NCBI GenBank assembly: GCA_049325335.1
Contig: JBMOMC010000045.1
Coordinates: 1-49,931 of the forward strand
DNA: 49,931 nucleotides
Direction of reading: 5' to 3'
Source: Nitrospirota bacterium
GTDB lineage: Bacteria > Nitrospirota > Nitrospiria > 2-01-FULL-66-17
In this document: positions 39,415 through 48,871 of the stretch, one piece after another
How positions within the stretch are numbered: the stretch's first letter is position 1
How the letters are laid out: every line of letters starts with the position of its first letter
Made by a program: the position numbers and the translations under genes
Notes under the pieces: model-generated
Seen by the model: only the letters and a program-made list of their open reading frames with translations
Database searches by the model: none
Told to the model about the DNA's origin: nothing

Positions 39415-39533
39415 GCACATCAATACCGCGCAGTTCACACGCGACCGCTCAGCGGTGTCCCGATACGAAGTCGTCTCGGGACGGGTGCGTGAGCGGTCGC
39501 GTGTACACTGACGGCTCGCCTTTCGCGCAACCA

Positions 39534-39606
39534 TAGGCGGAAGGCGGATCGAACGCCTGACCTCTGCCTTGTAAGGGCAGCGCTCTCCCGATTGAGCTAT
39601 CCGCCC
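39534..39606 (-). tRNA. tRNA-Val (TAC)
   Basis: GGGCGGATAGCTCAATCGGGAGAGCGCTGCCCTTACAAGGCAG...GTTCGATCCGCCTTCCGCCTA; CCA not encoded. Confidence 0.94.
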
Positions 39607-39655
39607 GTGGGATGCGTCCGACGCCCCGCGTTGCGACGCGTCGAAAAAGCGCTAG

Positions 39656-39685
39656 ACTATAGCAACCTGACTCGCGTATTGTCAA
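39656..39685 (-). promoter_or_regulatory. Sigma-70 promoter of tRNA-Val/Asp (possibly also tolQRAB)
   Basis: TTGACA-18 nt-TATAGT with extended TG. Confidence 0.7.
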
Positions 39686-39707
39686 CGCGCAGACCACGCG
39701 AACCCCA

Positions 39708-40901
39708 TTGACGCCGACCACTCGCGCCGTGATACCCCGCCCCGTTCGACACGATGACGTTCGCGCGATCAGCGCGCTGCTGCTCGCCGGAGTGGTCGCC
39801 TGCTCGCCCGCGCCGCGCCACCAGACACAACCGGTGTGGACGAATTTCGAGACCGGCGCCAACGTGAAGTCCATCGCCATCGACGGACGGACCCTGTGGC
39901 TGGGGCTCGCCAACGGCGTGATTCGGTACGACACTGCCACCCACGACTCGCACGAGGTCTACACCGCGGAGCGCACCCACGGCGGATTGCTCAGCAACGG
40001 GGTCTACGCGGTTCACCGCGATCCCCGCGGCCGTATCTGGGTCGGCACCTACGGCGGCGGGCTGTCGCTCTTGGACAACGGGAACTGGACCACGTTTACG
40101 CCGTACGGCGCGGGACGCACCGCCACGTACGGCGCGACCTGGACCCGCTACCCACGCGGCCGCGGGCTCGGCGATTTGTGGGTCTACGACGTGGCGTTCG
40201 ACGGCAGCGGCACGACGTGGGTGGCGACGTGGAAAGGCCTGAGCCGGTTCGACGGGACCGACTGTTTTCCGCTCACCGCGTCATCCGCCGCGCCCGCGCC
40301 GGCCTGCGAGTTCGTCACGTACACGGTTGATGACGGGCTGGTCGACAAGTGGGTCTACGCAATTGAGGTGGACCGAGACGGCGCGCTCTGGTTGGGCACC
40401 GAAGGGGGCGTCAATCGTTTCGACGGCGCGCGCTGGACCGCCTACACCCACCGCGACGGGCTCGGCGCGGACCCCGCGACGCTGCCCTCGCGGCGCGCGG
40501 ATGAAGCGCCCAGCCCCCATCACCAAAACGAAGACAAGTCCATCGGCCAGGCAAACCCCAACTATGTGTTGGCGATCGCCATCGACCGCGCGGGCGCCAA
40601 GTGGTTCGGCACGTGGGGCGCGGGGCTGAGCCGCTTCGACGGCCGCCGCTGGACCACGTTCACCGCACGCGACGGCCTGGGCGGGAATTACATCCATGCG
40701 CTCGGCATGGATCGCGACGGCCTGCTGTGGGCCGGCACCGACGGCGGAGCGAGTTGGTACGACGGCGCCCGCTGGCGCACGTACACCACTCGCGACGGGC
40801 TCCTGGACAACAACGTATTCTCCATGGCCTTCGACGAGCAAGGCGTGCGCTGGTTCGGCACCTGGAAAGGCCTCAGCAAACTGGAACTCGTTCGCAAATG
40901 A
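39708..40901 (+). CDS. Reg_prop-type beta-propeller lipoprotein
   Basis: Lipobox-like VVAC; repeats of DGLxxNxVxAIxxDxxGxxWxGTxGGLSRFDG; start uncertain. Confidence 0.82.
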   Translation: MTPTTRAVIPRPVRHDDVRAISALLLAGVVACSPAPRHQTQPVWTNFETGANVKSIAIDGRTLWLGLANGVIRYDTATHDSHEVYTAERTHGGLLSNGVYAVHRDPRGRIWVGTYGGGLSLLDNGNWTTFTPYGAGRTATYGATWTRYPRGRGLGDLWVYDVAFDGSGTTWVATWKGLSRFDGTDCFPLTASSAAPAPACEFVTYTVDDGLVDKWVYAIEVDRDGALWLGTEGGVNRFDGARWTAYTHRDGLGADPATLPSRRADEAPSPHHQNEDKSIGQANPNYVLAIAIDRAGAKWFGTWGAGLSRFDGRRWTTFTARDGLGGNYIHALGMDRDGLLWAGTDGGASWYDGARWRTYTTRDGLLDNNVFSMAFDEQGVRWFGTWKGLSKLELVRK

Positions 40902-40982
40902 CGACCGCAGGACACGAAGAGTTGACCATGATTTTCTTCGCATGTTAAGGTACTCGACTGGATTGCGGGGCCGACTGGTCTG

Positions 40983-41552
40983 ATGCGCGTGATCGCGGGA
41001 CGTTTCAAGGGACGCCGTTTGCGGGCGCCGCGCGGGTTCGCGGTGCGCCCCACATCGGACAAGGTCAAGGGCGCGTTGTTCAACATCCTGGGATCACGAA
41101 TCGAAGGCGCGAGGGTCATGGACATGTTCGCCGGCACCGGGAGCATCGGCATCGAGGCGTTGAGCCGCGGCGCGGCGCACGTGTTGTTCGTGGAAGACGA
41201 CCCCGCAGCCCGCGACGCGATCGCGGCAAATCTTGAGGACTGCAAGCTTTCCTCGCGGGAAGCCACGCTCTGGAAAGGCCGCGGCGTGGCGGGCCTGATC
41301 CGGCACCTCAAAACGCGCCCCGGGGACGCCGCGGACCTCATTTTCGCGGACCCGCCGTATCGTCAGCCCGAAACGCTCCGATTGCTCCGGCCGTTCGTCG
41401 CAGGGTTGGGGTTGACCGATGACGGCTGGTTGGTGATCGAGCACGCCAAGGACGCGGACATTCCTCTTCCCGAACCGCCGGTCGCGCTGGCCAGAACCTG
41501 CGCCTACGGCGACACCGTGTTATCGATCTTGACCCGGACCGGAGAACGATGA
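40983..41552 (+). CDS. rsmD: 16S rRNA m2G966 methyltransferase
   Basis: MRVIAGRFKGRRL, RPTSDKVK, DMFAGTGSIGIEALSRGA, FADPPY. Confidence 0.95.
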   Translation: MRVIAGRFKGRRLRAPRGFAVRPTSDKVKGALFNILGSRIEGARVMDMFAGTGSIGIEALSRGAAHVLFVEDDPAARDAIAANLEDCKLSSREATLWKGRGVAGLIRHLKTRPGDAADLIFADPPYRQPETLRLLRPFVAGLGLTDDGWLVIEHAKDADIPLPEPPVALARTCAYGDTVLSILTRTGER

Positions 41553-42037
41553 CCCGTATCGGCGTGTGCCCCGGCACATTCGACCCGATCACCAAGGGCC
41601 ATTTGGACATCGTGCGGCGGAGTCTGCATTTCTTCGACGCCGTGATCCTCGCGGTGGCGCTCAACCCGTCGAAAACCCCGCTCTTCGACATCAAAGAACG
41701 CCTGGAGATGGCGGTGGACGCCACGCGCGGGATCGAACGCGTCACGGTCGAGGTTTTTGACGGGCTGTTGGTCGATTACCTGCGACACAAGGGCGCGCAC
41801 GGGATTATCCGCGGCCTGCGCGCCGTATCCGACTTCGAGTACGAGTTGCAGATGGCGATGATGAACCGCAACCTGGACCAAAACGTGGAGACCGTATTTC
41901 TCATGCCCAGCGTGGAATACTCGTTTCTGACCTCGACCATCATCAAAAACGTAGCCAGCTACGGCGGCACCGTGGACGATCTGGTCCCGCCCGTGGTCGC
42001 GCGCCGGTTGCGCGACAAATTCGGGAGCCGCCGATGA
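41549..42037 (+). CDS. coaD: Pantetheine-phosphate adenylyltransferase
   Basis: PGTFDPITKGHLDI, RGLRAVSDFEYE. Confidence 0.97.
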   Translation: MTRIGVCPGTFDPITKGHLDIVRRSLHFFDAVILAVALNPSKTPLFDIKERLEMAVDATRGIERVTVEVFDGLLVDYLRHKGAHGIIRGLRAVSDFEYELQMAMMNRNLDQNVETVFLMPSVEYSFLTSTIIKNVASYGGTVDDLVPPVVARRLRDKFGSRR

Positions 42038-43227
42038 AATTGGCGCGCCGCGTGGGCCGCATCCAGCCGTCCCCGACGCTCGCCATGGCGGCCCGCGCCA
42101 AAGCCCTGGCCGCGCAAGGCATCGACGTCATCGACTTCGGCGTGGGCGAGCCCGACTTCGACACGCCGGACGCGATCAAAGAGGCGGCCATCGCCGCGAT
42201 CCGCGCCGGGTTCACCAAATACACGCCGCCGTCGGGGACCGACGAGCTCAAGCGCGCGATCATCGCGCGCCTGGACACCGACCTCGGATTGCGGTATCAG
42301 CCCAACGAGGTCGTGGTCTCCTGCGGCGCCAAACACACGCTCTATAACTTGGCGCAAGCGCTGTTTGAAGAGGGCGACGAGGTCATCATCCCCGCGCCGT
42401 ACTGGGTCTCGTACCCGGACCAGGTGTTGCTCAACGACGCCACGCCCGTGTTCGTCCCTACCACGGCCGCGGAGGGGTTCATCCTGGACCCGAAACGATT
42501 GGAAGCCGCGATCACCCCGCGGAGCAAGGCGCTGATTCTGAACTCGCCCTCCAATCCCACCGGCGCGGGCTACACCACAGCACAACTGGAGCGGATCGCG
42601 GACGTGGCGCTGCGACACCGCTTGATCGTGATCTCCGACGAAATCTACGGCCAGATTGTGTACGACGGGTACCGGCACGTGAGCATCGCGTCGCTGTCCC
42701 CTGAGATGAAAGCCAACACCGTGGTGGTGGACGGCGTGTCCAAGACGTACGCGATGACCGGCTGGCGGATCGGCTACGCCGCGGGCCCGGCCGCGTTGAT
42801 GACCGCGGTGGGCACCATGCAGAGCCAGAGCACCTCGAACCCCGCGTCGATCTCGCAGAAAGCGGCCGTGGCCGCGCTCACCGGCCCGCGCGCGTCCGTG
42901 GAACGGATGGTGACCGAGTTCGCGGCACGACGTAACGAGATGGTCCGACGATTGTCGGCCATCCCCGGCGTGACCTGTTTTCGTCCCCAGGGCGCGTTCT
43001 ACGCATTCCCCCACGCAGGGTCGTATTACGGCAAACGCGCGGGCACGACCGCGATCAAGGACTCCAACGACCTGGCCACTTACCTGCTCGACGAAGGCCG
43101 CATCGCGGTGGTGGCGGGCGCGGGATTCGGCGCGGACGGCCACGTGCGCCTGTCCTACGCCACGTCGATGGAGAAGATTCAGACCGGTTTGGATCGGATG
43201 ACGGCCGCATTGGCCAAGTTGAAATAG
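42034..43227 (+). CDS. Class I PLP aminotransferase (aspartate aminotransferase-like)
   Basis: GEPDFDTP, NSPSNPTG, SDEIY, SKTYAMTGWRIGY. Confidence 0.92.
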   Translation: MKLARRVGRIQPSPTLAMAARAKALAAQGIDVIDFGVGEPDFDTPDAIKEAAIAAIRAGFTKYTPPSGTDELKRAIIARLDTDLGLRYQPNEVVVSCGAKHTLYNLAQALFEEGDEVIIPAPYWVSYPDQVLLNDATPVFVPTTAAEGFILDPKRLEAAITPRSKALILNSPSNPTGAGYTTAQLERIADVALRHRLIVISDEIYGQIVYDGYRHVSIASLSPEMKANTVVVDGVSKTYAMTGWRIGYAAGPAALMTAVGTMQSQSTSNPASISQKAAVAALTGPRASVERMVTEFAARRNEMVRRLSAIPGVTCFRPQGAFYAFPHAGSYYGKRAGTTAIKDSNDLATYLLDEGRIAVVAGAGFGADGHVRLSYATSMEKIQTGLDRMTAALAKLK

Positions 43228-43238
43228 GGAGGGTTGCA

Positions 43239-43580
43239 GTGCCGATTTACGAATACAAGTGTGAAAAATGCCATCACCGAGAAGAGCTGATCCAAAAACA
43301 CAGCGACGCGCCGTTGACCGAATGCCCCAAGTGCCACGGCCCCATGACCAAGCTCATCGCGGCGCCGGCGCTTCAATTCAAAGGTTCCGGCTTCTACATC
43401 ACGGACTACTCGGACAAGGGCAAAGACACATCCGAGAGCGGAAAAACTGGAAAAAAGGACGGCGCCGCCAAACCAGCGGCCGAATCCGCATCTTCGACCA
43501 GCACGACATCGACCGAGAAGAAGGCCGACTCCGGGGGATCATCCTCTCCCGCCAAGTCATCGGGCGACGGAAAGACCTAA
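43239..43580 (+). CDS. FmdB family zinc-ribbon protein
   Basis: MPIYEYKCEKC...CPKCHG...FKGSGFYITDY, low-complexity tail. Confidence 0.92.
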   Translation: MPIYEYKCEKCHHREELIQKHSDAPLTECPKCHGPMTKLIAAPALQFKGSGFYITDYSDKGKDTSESGKTGKKDGAAKPAAESASSTSTTSTEKKADSGGSSSPAKSSGDGKT

Positions 43581-43622
43581 CCCGCGTCGGATAAACAACC
43601 GCAACATTTCGGAGTCACCGCT

Positions 43623-43961
43623 ATGACCGTTGTCGAATTCATCAGGCGTTTCCGCGAGATTCCGCCGGACCTGCACCACGAATCCGTGCTGGAGGAGTTT
43701 GCGGCCACGTTCGATGAGTGGTTGAAAATCGCGAACAAGCCCAGCAACTGCACCACCAACTATGACGCCGGGCACTACGCGTACATGAAGCTGGTCGCGC
43801 CGATGGGAATCTATGGGTTTCGGTTGTGTTCGCGGGAAGATTGCTTACAGCAACTGCGAACTCTGATCGAGCAACACCGGGCAGACCCCGCGGGGTTTCG
43901 GGCCGGACTCGTCTCGAAGGACACCATGGCAACCGACGATCGGCGGACCGAACGTTGCTGA
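43623..43961 (+). CDS. Hypothetical protein
   Basis: 112-aa ORF with GGAG SD; four Cys; no recognised motif. Confidence 0.7.
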   Translation: MTVVEFIRRFREIPPDLHHESVLEEFAATFDEWLKIANKPSNCTTNYDAGHYAYMKLVAPMGIYGFRLCSREDCLQQLRTLIEQHRADPAGFRAGLVSKDTMATDDRRTERC

Positions 43962-43999
43962 CCGACTCCGACCGGGATGAGACGACGAACGATCCGGAC

Positions 44000-44221
44000 T
44001 TACGACGACGTGGTCAAGTCCGCGGCTTCTTCGGGGACCGGTTGATTCGGGCCTGGCACCAGGCCCGCCAAATCGGGATCTTCGCCCGGCGCTAACCCGG
44101 CCACGCCTTTGGCTTTTTCTTCTTTGCGCGCCAACTGTTTGGCCGCTTTTTCCTGGTGCTTTTTTTGCCGCTTCATTTCTTTCTGACGTTTTTCAAATCT
44201 CGCCTTTGCGTTCCCCGCCAT
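44000..44221 (-). CDS. Small basic hypothetical protein (73 aa)
   Basis: MAGNAKARFEKRQKEMKRQKK...EDPDLAGLVPGPNQP; SD GAGGAG. Confidence 0.75.
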   Translation of the reverse strand: MAGNAKARFEKRQKEMKRQKKHQEKAAKQLARKEEKAKGVAGLAPGEDPDLAGLVPGPNQPVPEEAADLTTSS

Positions 44222-44295
44222 GCATCGTCTCCTCGTTGAAGGTCTCGGCACACGGGACGCCGGTGAGCCGCGTCCCCTCATGCCCCTCTGATTGC

Positions 44296-44889
44296 TTATA
44301 CCATAACATGGCTCTGTTCGTAACGCGTAATCTTGTCCTCCTGCTGCAGCGTGAGGCCGATGTCGTCCAAGCCGTTGAGTAGACAATACCGCCGGAACTC
44401 CTCGACGTCGAACGCGAACGTGATCCCGTCGTTCGATGCGATCGTTTTCCGTTCAAGGTCCACGCGCAGCCGATACGCCGGCGTGGCGCGCACGCGCTGA
44501 ACGATCGTTTCGACCTGCTCCTCGCTGAGACGGACCGGCAGGATGCCGTTCTTAAAACAGTTGTTGTAGAAAATGTCTGCGAACGACGGTGCGATCACGC
44601 AGCGAAACCCGTAGTCGAGCAGGGCCCAGGGCGCGTGTTCGCGCGAGGAACCGCAGCCGAAGTTGGCGCGCGTGACCAGGATGCTCGCGCCCTGGTACCG
44701 GTCCGCGTTCATCTCGAACTCGGGGTTTGGTCGTTTGCCGTCGATAAACCGCCAGTCGTAGAACAGGAATTGCCCGAACCCGGTGCGCTCGATCCGTTTG
44801 AGGAACTGTTTCGGGATGATCTGGTCGGTGTCCACGTTGGGTAGATCCAGCACGGTGACCACGCCATCCAAGGTGCGAAACGGTTCCAC
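44296..44889 (-). CDS. leuD: 3-isopropylmalate dehydratase small subunit
   Basis: [28 protein letters not shown]. Confidence 0.97.
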   Translation of the reverse strand: MEPFRTLDGVVTVLDLPNVDTDQIIPKQFLKRIERTGFGQFLFYDWRFIDGKRPNPEFEMNADRYQGASILVTRANFGCGSSREHAPWALLDYGFRCVIAPSFADIFYNNCFKNGILPVRLSEEQVETIVQRVRATPAYRLRVDLERKTIASNDGITFAFDVEEFRRYCLLNGLDDIGLTLQQEDKITRYEQSHVMV

Positions 44890-44890
44890 G

Positions 44891-46300
44891 TCAGTGCTCC
44901 TTCAATTCGTAACGGCGAATGTCCACGAACCGGCCCTCCACCGCGGCGGCCGCGGCCATGAGCGGGCTCACCAGGTGGGTGCGGCCGCCTTTACCTTGCC
45001 GGCCTTCGAAATTGCGGTTCGAGGTGGACGCGCAGCGCTCGCCGGGTTTGAGCGTGTCGGGATTCATGCCCAGACACATCGAGCAGCCGGATTCGCGCCA
45101 ATCAAACCCCGCGGCTTTAAAAATGCGATCCAAGCCCTCGGCCTCGGCGCGCTGCTTGATGGCCTGCGAACCCGGGACGACCATGGCGTAGACCGTCGAC
45201 GACACGCGCCGGCCGTCCACGAAGCGCGCCACCCGGCGCAAGTCTTCGATCCGCGAGTTGGTGCACGACCCGATGAACACGCGATCGATCGCCAGGTCCG
45301 CGATCGGCATGCCGCCGCGAAGGCCCATATAGTCCAACGCGCGCTCCGCGGCCTTGCGGGCATTGGGATCGTTCAACTCGCCGGGATTGGGCACGCGGCC
45401 GTCAATGGCCGCCACCTGCCCGGGGTTCGTGCCCCAGGTCACCTGCGGCGCGAGCGACGCGGCGTCCACCGCCAGTGTGCGGTCGAACGTCGCGCCGGGA
45501 TCGGACGGGAGGCGCTTCCATTCCGCCACCGCGGCGGCGAAATCCTTGGGCGCGTATCGGCGACCCTTGAGGTAGGCGAAGGTCTTTTCGTCCGGCGCGA
45601 TCATCCCGGCCCGCGCCCCGCCTTCGATCGACATGTTGCACACGGTCATGCGCTCTTCCATCGACAACGCACGGATGGTATCGCCCGCGTATTCGATCAC
45701 GCTCCCGGCCCCGCCCTCGGTGCCGATCGCGCCGATGATCGAGAGAATGACGTCCTTGGCCTCCACGCCGTAGGGCCGCTTCCCGTTCACGTCGATCAGA
45801 AACGTCTTGGGCTTGTCCTGCAACAAACACTGCGTGGCCATCACGTGTTCGACCTCGCTGGTGCCGATCCCGAACGCGAGCGCGCCGAACGCGCCGTGCG
45901 TGGAGGTATGGCTGTCCCCGCACACGATGGTCAAGCCCGGCAACGTGATCCCCAACTCAGGGCCGATCACGTGCACAATACCCTGGTCCGGGCTCTTCAG
46001 ATCGAACAAGGTGACGCCGAACTCCTTGCAGTTTCGCGCCAGCGTGTCCATCTGCAACGCGGAGATCTGGTCCTCGATGGGTAAGGACCGGTCGCTGGTG
46101 GGCACGTTGTGATCCATGGTGGCGAACGTCAACTCGGGCCGCCGCACGCGCCGCTTGGCCATGCGCAACCCGTCGAACGCCTGCGGCGACGTGACTTCGT
46201 GGATTAAATGGCGGTCGATATAAATGAGGGACGGCTTGCCCGCCTCCGCGTGCACCACGTGGGCGTCCCAGATCTTGTCGAACATGGTCTTGGCGTTCAT
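44891..46300 (-). CDS. leuC: 3-isopropylmalate dehydratase large subunit
   Basis: [49 protein letters not shown]. Confidence 0.98.
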   Translation of the reverse strand: MNAKTMFDKIWDAHVVHAEAGKPSLIYIDRHLIHEVTSPQAFDGLRMAKRRVRRPELTFATMDHNVPTSDRSLPIEDQISALQMDTLARNCKEFGVTLFDLKSPDQGIVHVIGPELGITLPGLTIVCGDSHTSTHGAFGALAFGIGTSEVEHVMATQCLLQDKPKTFLIDVNGKRPYGVEAKDVILSIIGAIGTEGGAGSVIEYAGDTIRALSMEERMTVCNMSIEGGARAGMIAPDEKTFAYLKGRRYAPKDFAAAVAEWKRLPSDPGATFDRTLAVDAASLAPQVTWGTNPGQVAAIDGRVPNPGELNDPNARKAAERALDYMGLRGGMPIADLAIDRVFIGSCTNSRIEDLRRVARFVDGRRVSSTVYAMVVPGSQAIKQRAEAEGLDRIFKAAGFDWRESGCSMCLGMNPDTLKPGERCASTSNRNFEGRQGKGGRTHLVSPLMAAAAAVEGRFVDIRRYELKEH

Positions 46301-46412
46301 GACGCGATTCGCTCCTCAATTCTGTTAGCGCGTGATGCGTATTATCGCACAAGAGCCGGGGCGAAATCAGGGGAAGGACTATGTACTTCGACCCATTCAG
46401 AACAAACAAGTT

Positions 46413-47000
46413 TTAAAAAATGTCCCCACAATAATTGCGGTACTCACACTCCGTGCAGCGGGCCCGATGGGGTGTGGGCGGTGGGAGCACTTCGTCTCGG
46501 ACCATGGTTCGGATCACATCCAAGGCATCGGTCACGGACGCTCGTAACTCCTCCGTGATGAGCACATCTTCGGCGTCTTGACGTGGGATCAGATAGATGA
46601 ACCCCCGTTCGACCCGTCCGCCCATCACATCTTCGATCAAGAGCGCGTATGCTCCAAGCTGAGCGCGGTGATTGGCCCTCACCCCGCCTGAAGTGAATTT
46701 GAAATCCACCGGATAACGTTTAGAGTCGGTTTCAATAAGCAGATCCAGCTTGCCGGACAAACCAAGCCGCTCTGACGAGAGCCACACATGAAAACGGCGA
46801 CGACCGTCGCCCAACCCGTATCGGACCAACTTCCGTCGCTTTTCCAAAACGTCGAGACGGGCTTCTTGAGCCTTCCCAGCCTCCATCTTATAGGTCGAGA
46901 CTTTTTCCACCGGCAAGACGTATTGATAAAAGACGATTCGAGGACAATACTCGTACTGCTTGAGATCCGTCACACGCAACTGCAGGACGTTACTTGCCAT
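46413..47000 (-). CDS. cas4: CRISPR-associated exonuclease Cas4
   Basis: VTDLKQYEYCPR, GKLD...PVDFK, QLGAY, CTECEYRNYC Fe-S cysteines; start MASNVL. Confidence 0.93.
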   Translation of the reverse strand: MASNVLQLRVTDLKQYEYCPRIVFYQYVLPVEKVSTYKMEAGKAQEARLDVLEKRRKLVRYGLGDGRRRFHVWLSSERLGLSGKLDLLIETDSKRYPVDFKFTSGGVRANHRAQLGAYALLIEDVMGGRVERGFIYLIPRQDAEDVLITEELRASVTDALDVIRTMVRDEVLPPPTPHRARCTECEYRNYCGDIF

Positions 47001-47310
47001 CGGTGTGTTCCGGGGTAGAAACATCGTCCCCGTTCTTGTCACGTGTCGCGGTCTCCACGAGAATGGTCCGCCCCTCTCGGGCGTCCTTTTCACAGATAGG
47101 CTGGATCAGAATCCGACCCGGTTCCTCGCCGAGTTCACCCGACAGTCGCAGCCACAGTTCATCCCGTCGGTTTCTGGACAATGCTCCACGAAAGGCGCTG
47201 AATTGGATGCGCGTGAGTCCGTAGTCCTTGCATGTTTCAGACACCCGCAGACGAATGCGGTCGTCTTCGATGTCATAGAGGACCAGTGTCTGTTGCTCGT
47301 CCGCGGGCAT
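46990..47310 (-). CDS. cas2: CRISPR-associated protein Cas2
   Basis: LVLYDIEDDRIRLRVSETCKDYGLTRIQFSAF; start MPADEQQ. Confidence 0.93.
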   Translation of the reverse strand: MPADEQQTLVLYDIEDDRIRLRVSETCKDYGLTRIQFSAFRGALSRNRRDELWLRLSGELGEEPGRILIQPICEKDAREGRTILVETATRDKNGDDVSTPEHTDGK

Positions 47311-47314
47311 CCGA

Positions 47315-48469
47315 TTACCACTTGAAAAGAAACGGCCGATACCGCCCGCCATTTCGCAGAAACGCGGCGAGCTGGCGGGCTTGCCGCTGGATGATGGATC
47401 GGACCTGTAGCCGCTTGCCGGCAACGGGTTCCGACGCCTCCAACCGCTCCATGACGCGACGGGCAAACCGCCTTCTAGTGTCTTCGTCCAGCATGCCGTC
47501 GCGTAGAGTGACCGCCTCTCCCAGGTTCACGTGCGCGATCACCGCGCGATCAACCACCGGCTGCCGGAACTCTTCGACCAAATCGAGGACCAACGACGGT
47601 TTGCCCGGACGATCTACGTGCAGGAATCCTGCAAACGGCTCCAACCCCGCGTTGAGCACCGCACCCCAGACCTGGGCGTACAGAATCCCGTACCCATAGT
47701 TGAGTAGCGAGTTCACCGCATCAGTGGCGCCCCGGTGCTCGCGGCCAAAGAACTCCACGCGCTGCGAAATGACGATGGTGACGGCATTCCAATAGTGCCG
47801 GCCCGCCATTCCCTCGATCGACAGGAGGGATTGCCGCGCTTCATCCACCGACGCGCCGCGCACCGGCGGAACCTTTTTCCGCATCGCCCGGATCGCCCCC
47901 ACGCACTCCTCCACACGAGCAAAGCGCTCCGGATCGGCCTGCTTGAGGTACTTGCCGAAGTACCTCAACAGTCGTTCTTGATTGGCGAGCTTGGCCGTCA
48001 CGACCATCTTCGCAAAGACCACGCTCCGCTCATCCGAATACGCCAGGATCTGCGCGCGACGGGCCGTGACCGTCGCGTGGAGCATGGGTGACGTCAGCAT
48101 GGCATACGGCTGTCCGCCCCCGCGCAGAAAGGCCAGCCGAATTCCGCGCGTACAGAGCTCTTCTACTAGGTCGGATGAAACACTGATGCCTCGCGAGGCC
48201 ACCACAACATCCGAGAGACGGAAAAGCGGCACTTCAAGATGGAGCGTCTTCCCTTGCTTGACGGTGAGTCGCTCGCTCTTCTTGCCGAGAGAAATCCCGA
48301 ACCCCGACACGACGAGTTGCGCTTGATCATCGCTCGTGACGAGGACCACGCCGTCCGCCAGCACGCGTTCTTGCCATGCATCATCCAGCGGTTCAACGAC
48401 GACAGGAACCGTGTCGGGCTCTTCCTTAAACAGGTGATACTGGAGCGGCGTAATGGGCTCGTCCGGCAT
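47315..48469 (-). CDS. cas1: CRISPR integrase Cas1 with N-terminal extension
   Basis: EGMAGRHYW, DAVNSLLNYGYGIL, AGLEPFAGFLH, SLVLDLVEEFR; SD AAGGAGA before ATG 48469. Confidence 0.96.
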   Translation of the reverse strand: MPDEPITPLQYHLFKEEPDTVPVVVEPLDDAWQERVLADGVVLVTSDDQAQLVVSGFGISLGKKSERLTVKQGKTLHLEVPLFRLSDVVVASRGISVSSDLVEELCTRGIRLAFLRGGGQPYAMLTSPMLHATVTARRAQILAYSDERSVVFAKMVVTAKLANQERLLRYFGKYLKQADPERFARVEECVGAIRAMRKKVPPVRGASVDEARQSLLSIEGMAGRHYWNAVTIVISQRVEFFGREHRGATDAVNSLLNYGYGILYAQVWGAVLNAGLEPFAGFLHVDRPGKPSLVLDLVEEFRQPVVDRAVIAHVNLGEAVTLRDGMLDEDTRRRFARRVMERLEASEPVAGKRLQVRSIIQRQARQLAAFLRNGGRYRPFLFKW

Positions 48470-48871
48470 CCCGGTCTCCTTTGGGGATGATGACGGAGGT
48501 CAAGGATAGCTGGAAGGTATAGTGTGGCAAGGAGTCGGCTTGCGACAACGAGTCATACCAGCCAGCGTGGGAAACGACTCCAAGACTTTTGAAACCGCGG
48601 AATGATGAGTAACCTACGCAGGTTAAATCATCACGAGACTTCGCGTGCCTTTACACGTAATTCACTTCACCACACACATTGCGAGAACTGCCCTATGGCT
48701 GGGAAACAAGGCCCCTTTGCGAAAGCCTCGATGTCGATGACTTCACAGCCATTTTTATACAAAATGGCGTCTGCGCACGGAGGCTTTTTCTCCGTGCGCA
48801 GACGCCATAAAAAGGGATTTTCCAAAACCTATCCCTATCTTCGTGAAATACCGAATGTTTGGACACGCGCG
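48470..48871 (+). promoter_or_regulatory. CRISPR leader and divergent cas1 promoter region
   Basis: Non-coding, relatively AT-rich 402 bp between the cas1 start and the first repeat; contains a perfect 19-bp inverted repeat. Confidence 0.75.

Noticed and set aside
46301..46412. Leucine attenuator leader upstream of leuC
   Set aside because: No Leu-rich leader peptide or terminator/antiterminator pair seen
48540..48710. Possible anti-repeat/tracrRNA or degenerate mini-array in the leader (CCAAGAC...ACCGCGG at 48580-48600; GCGTGGGAAAC; TGGCTGGGAAAC)
   Set aside because: Matches are only 5-7 nt and interrupted, there is no class 2 effector in view, and they cannot be distinguished from chance
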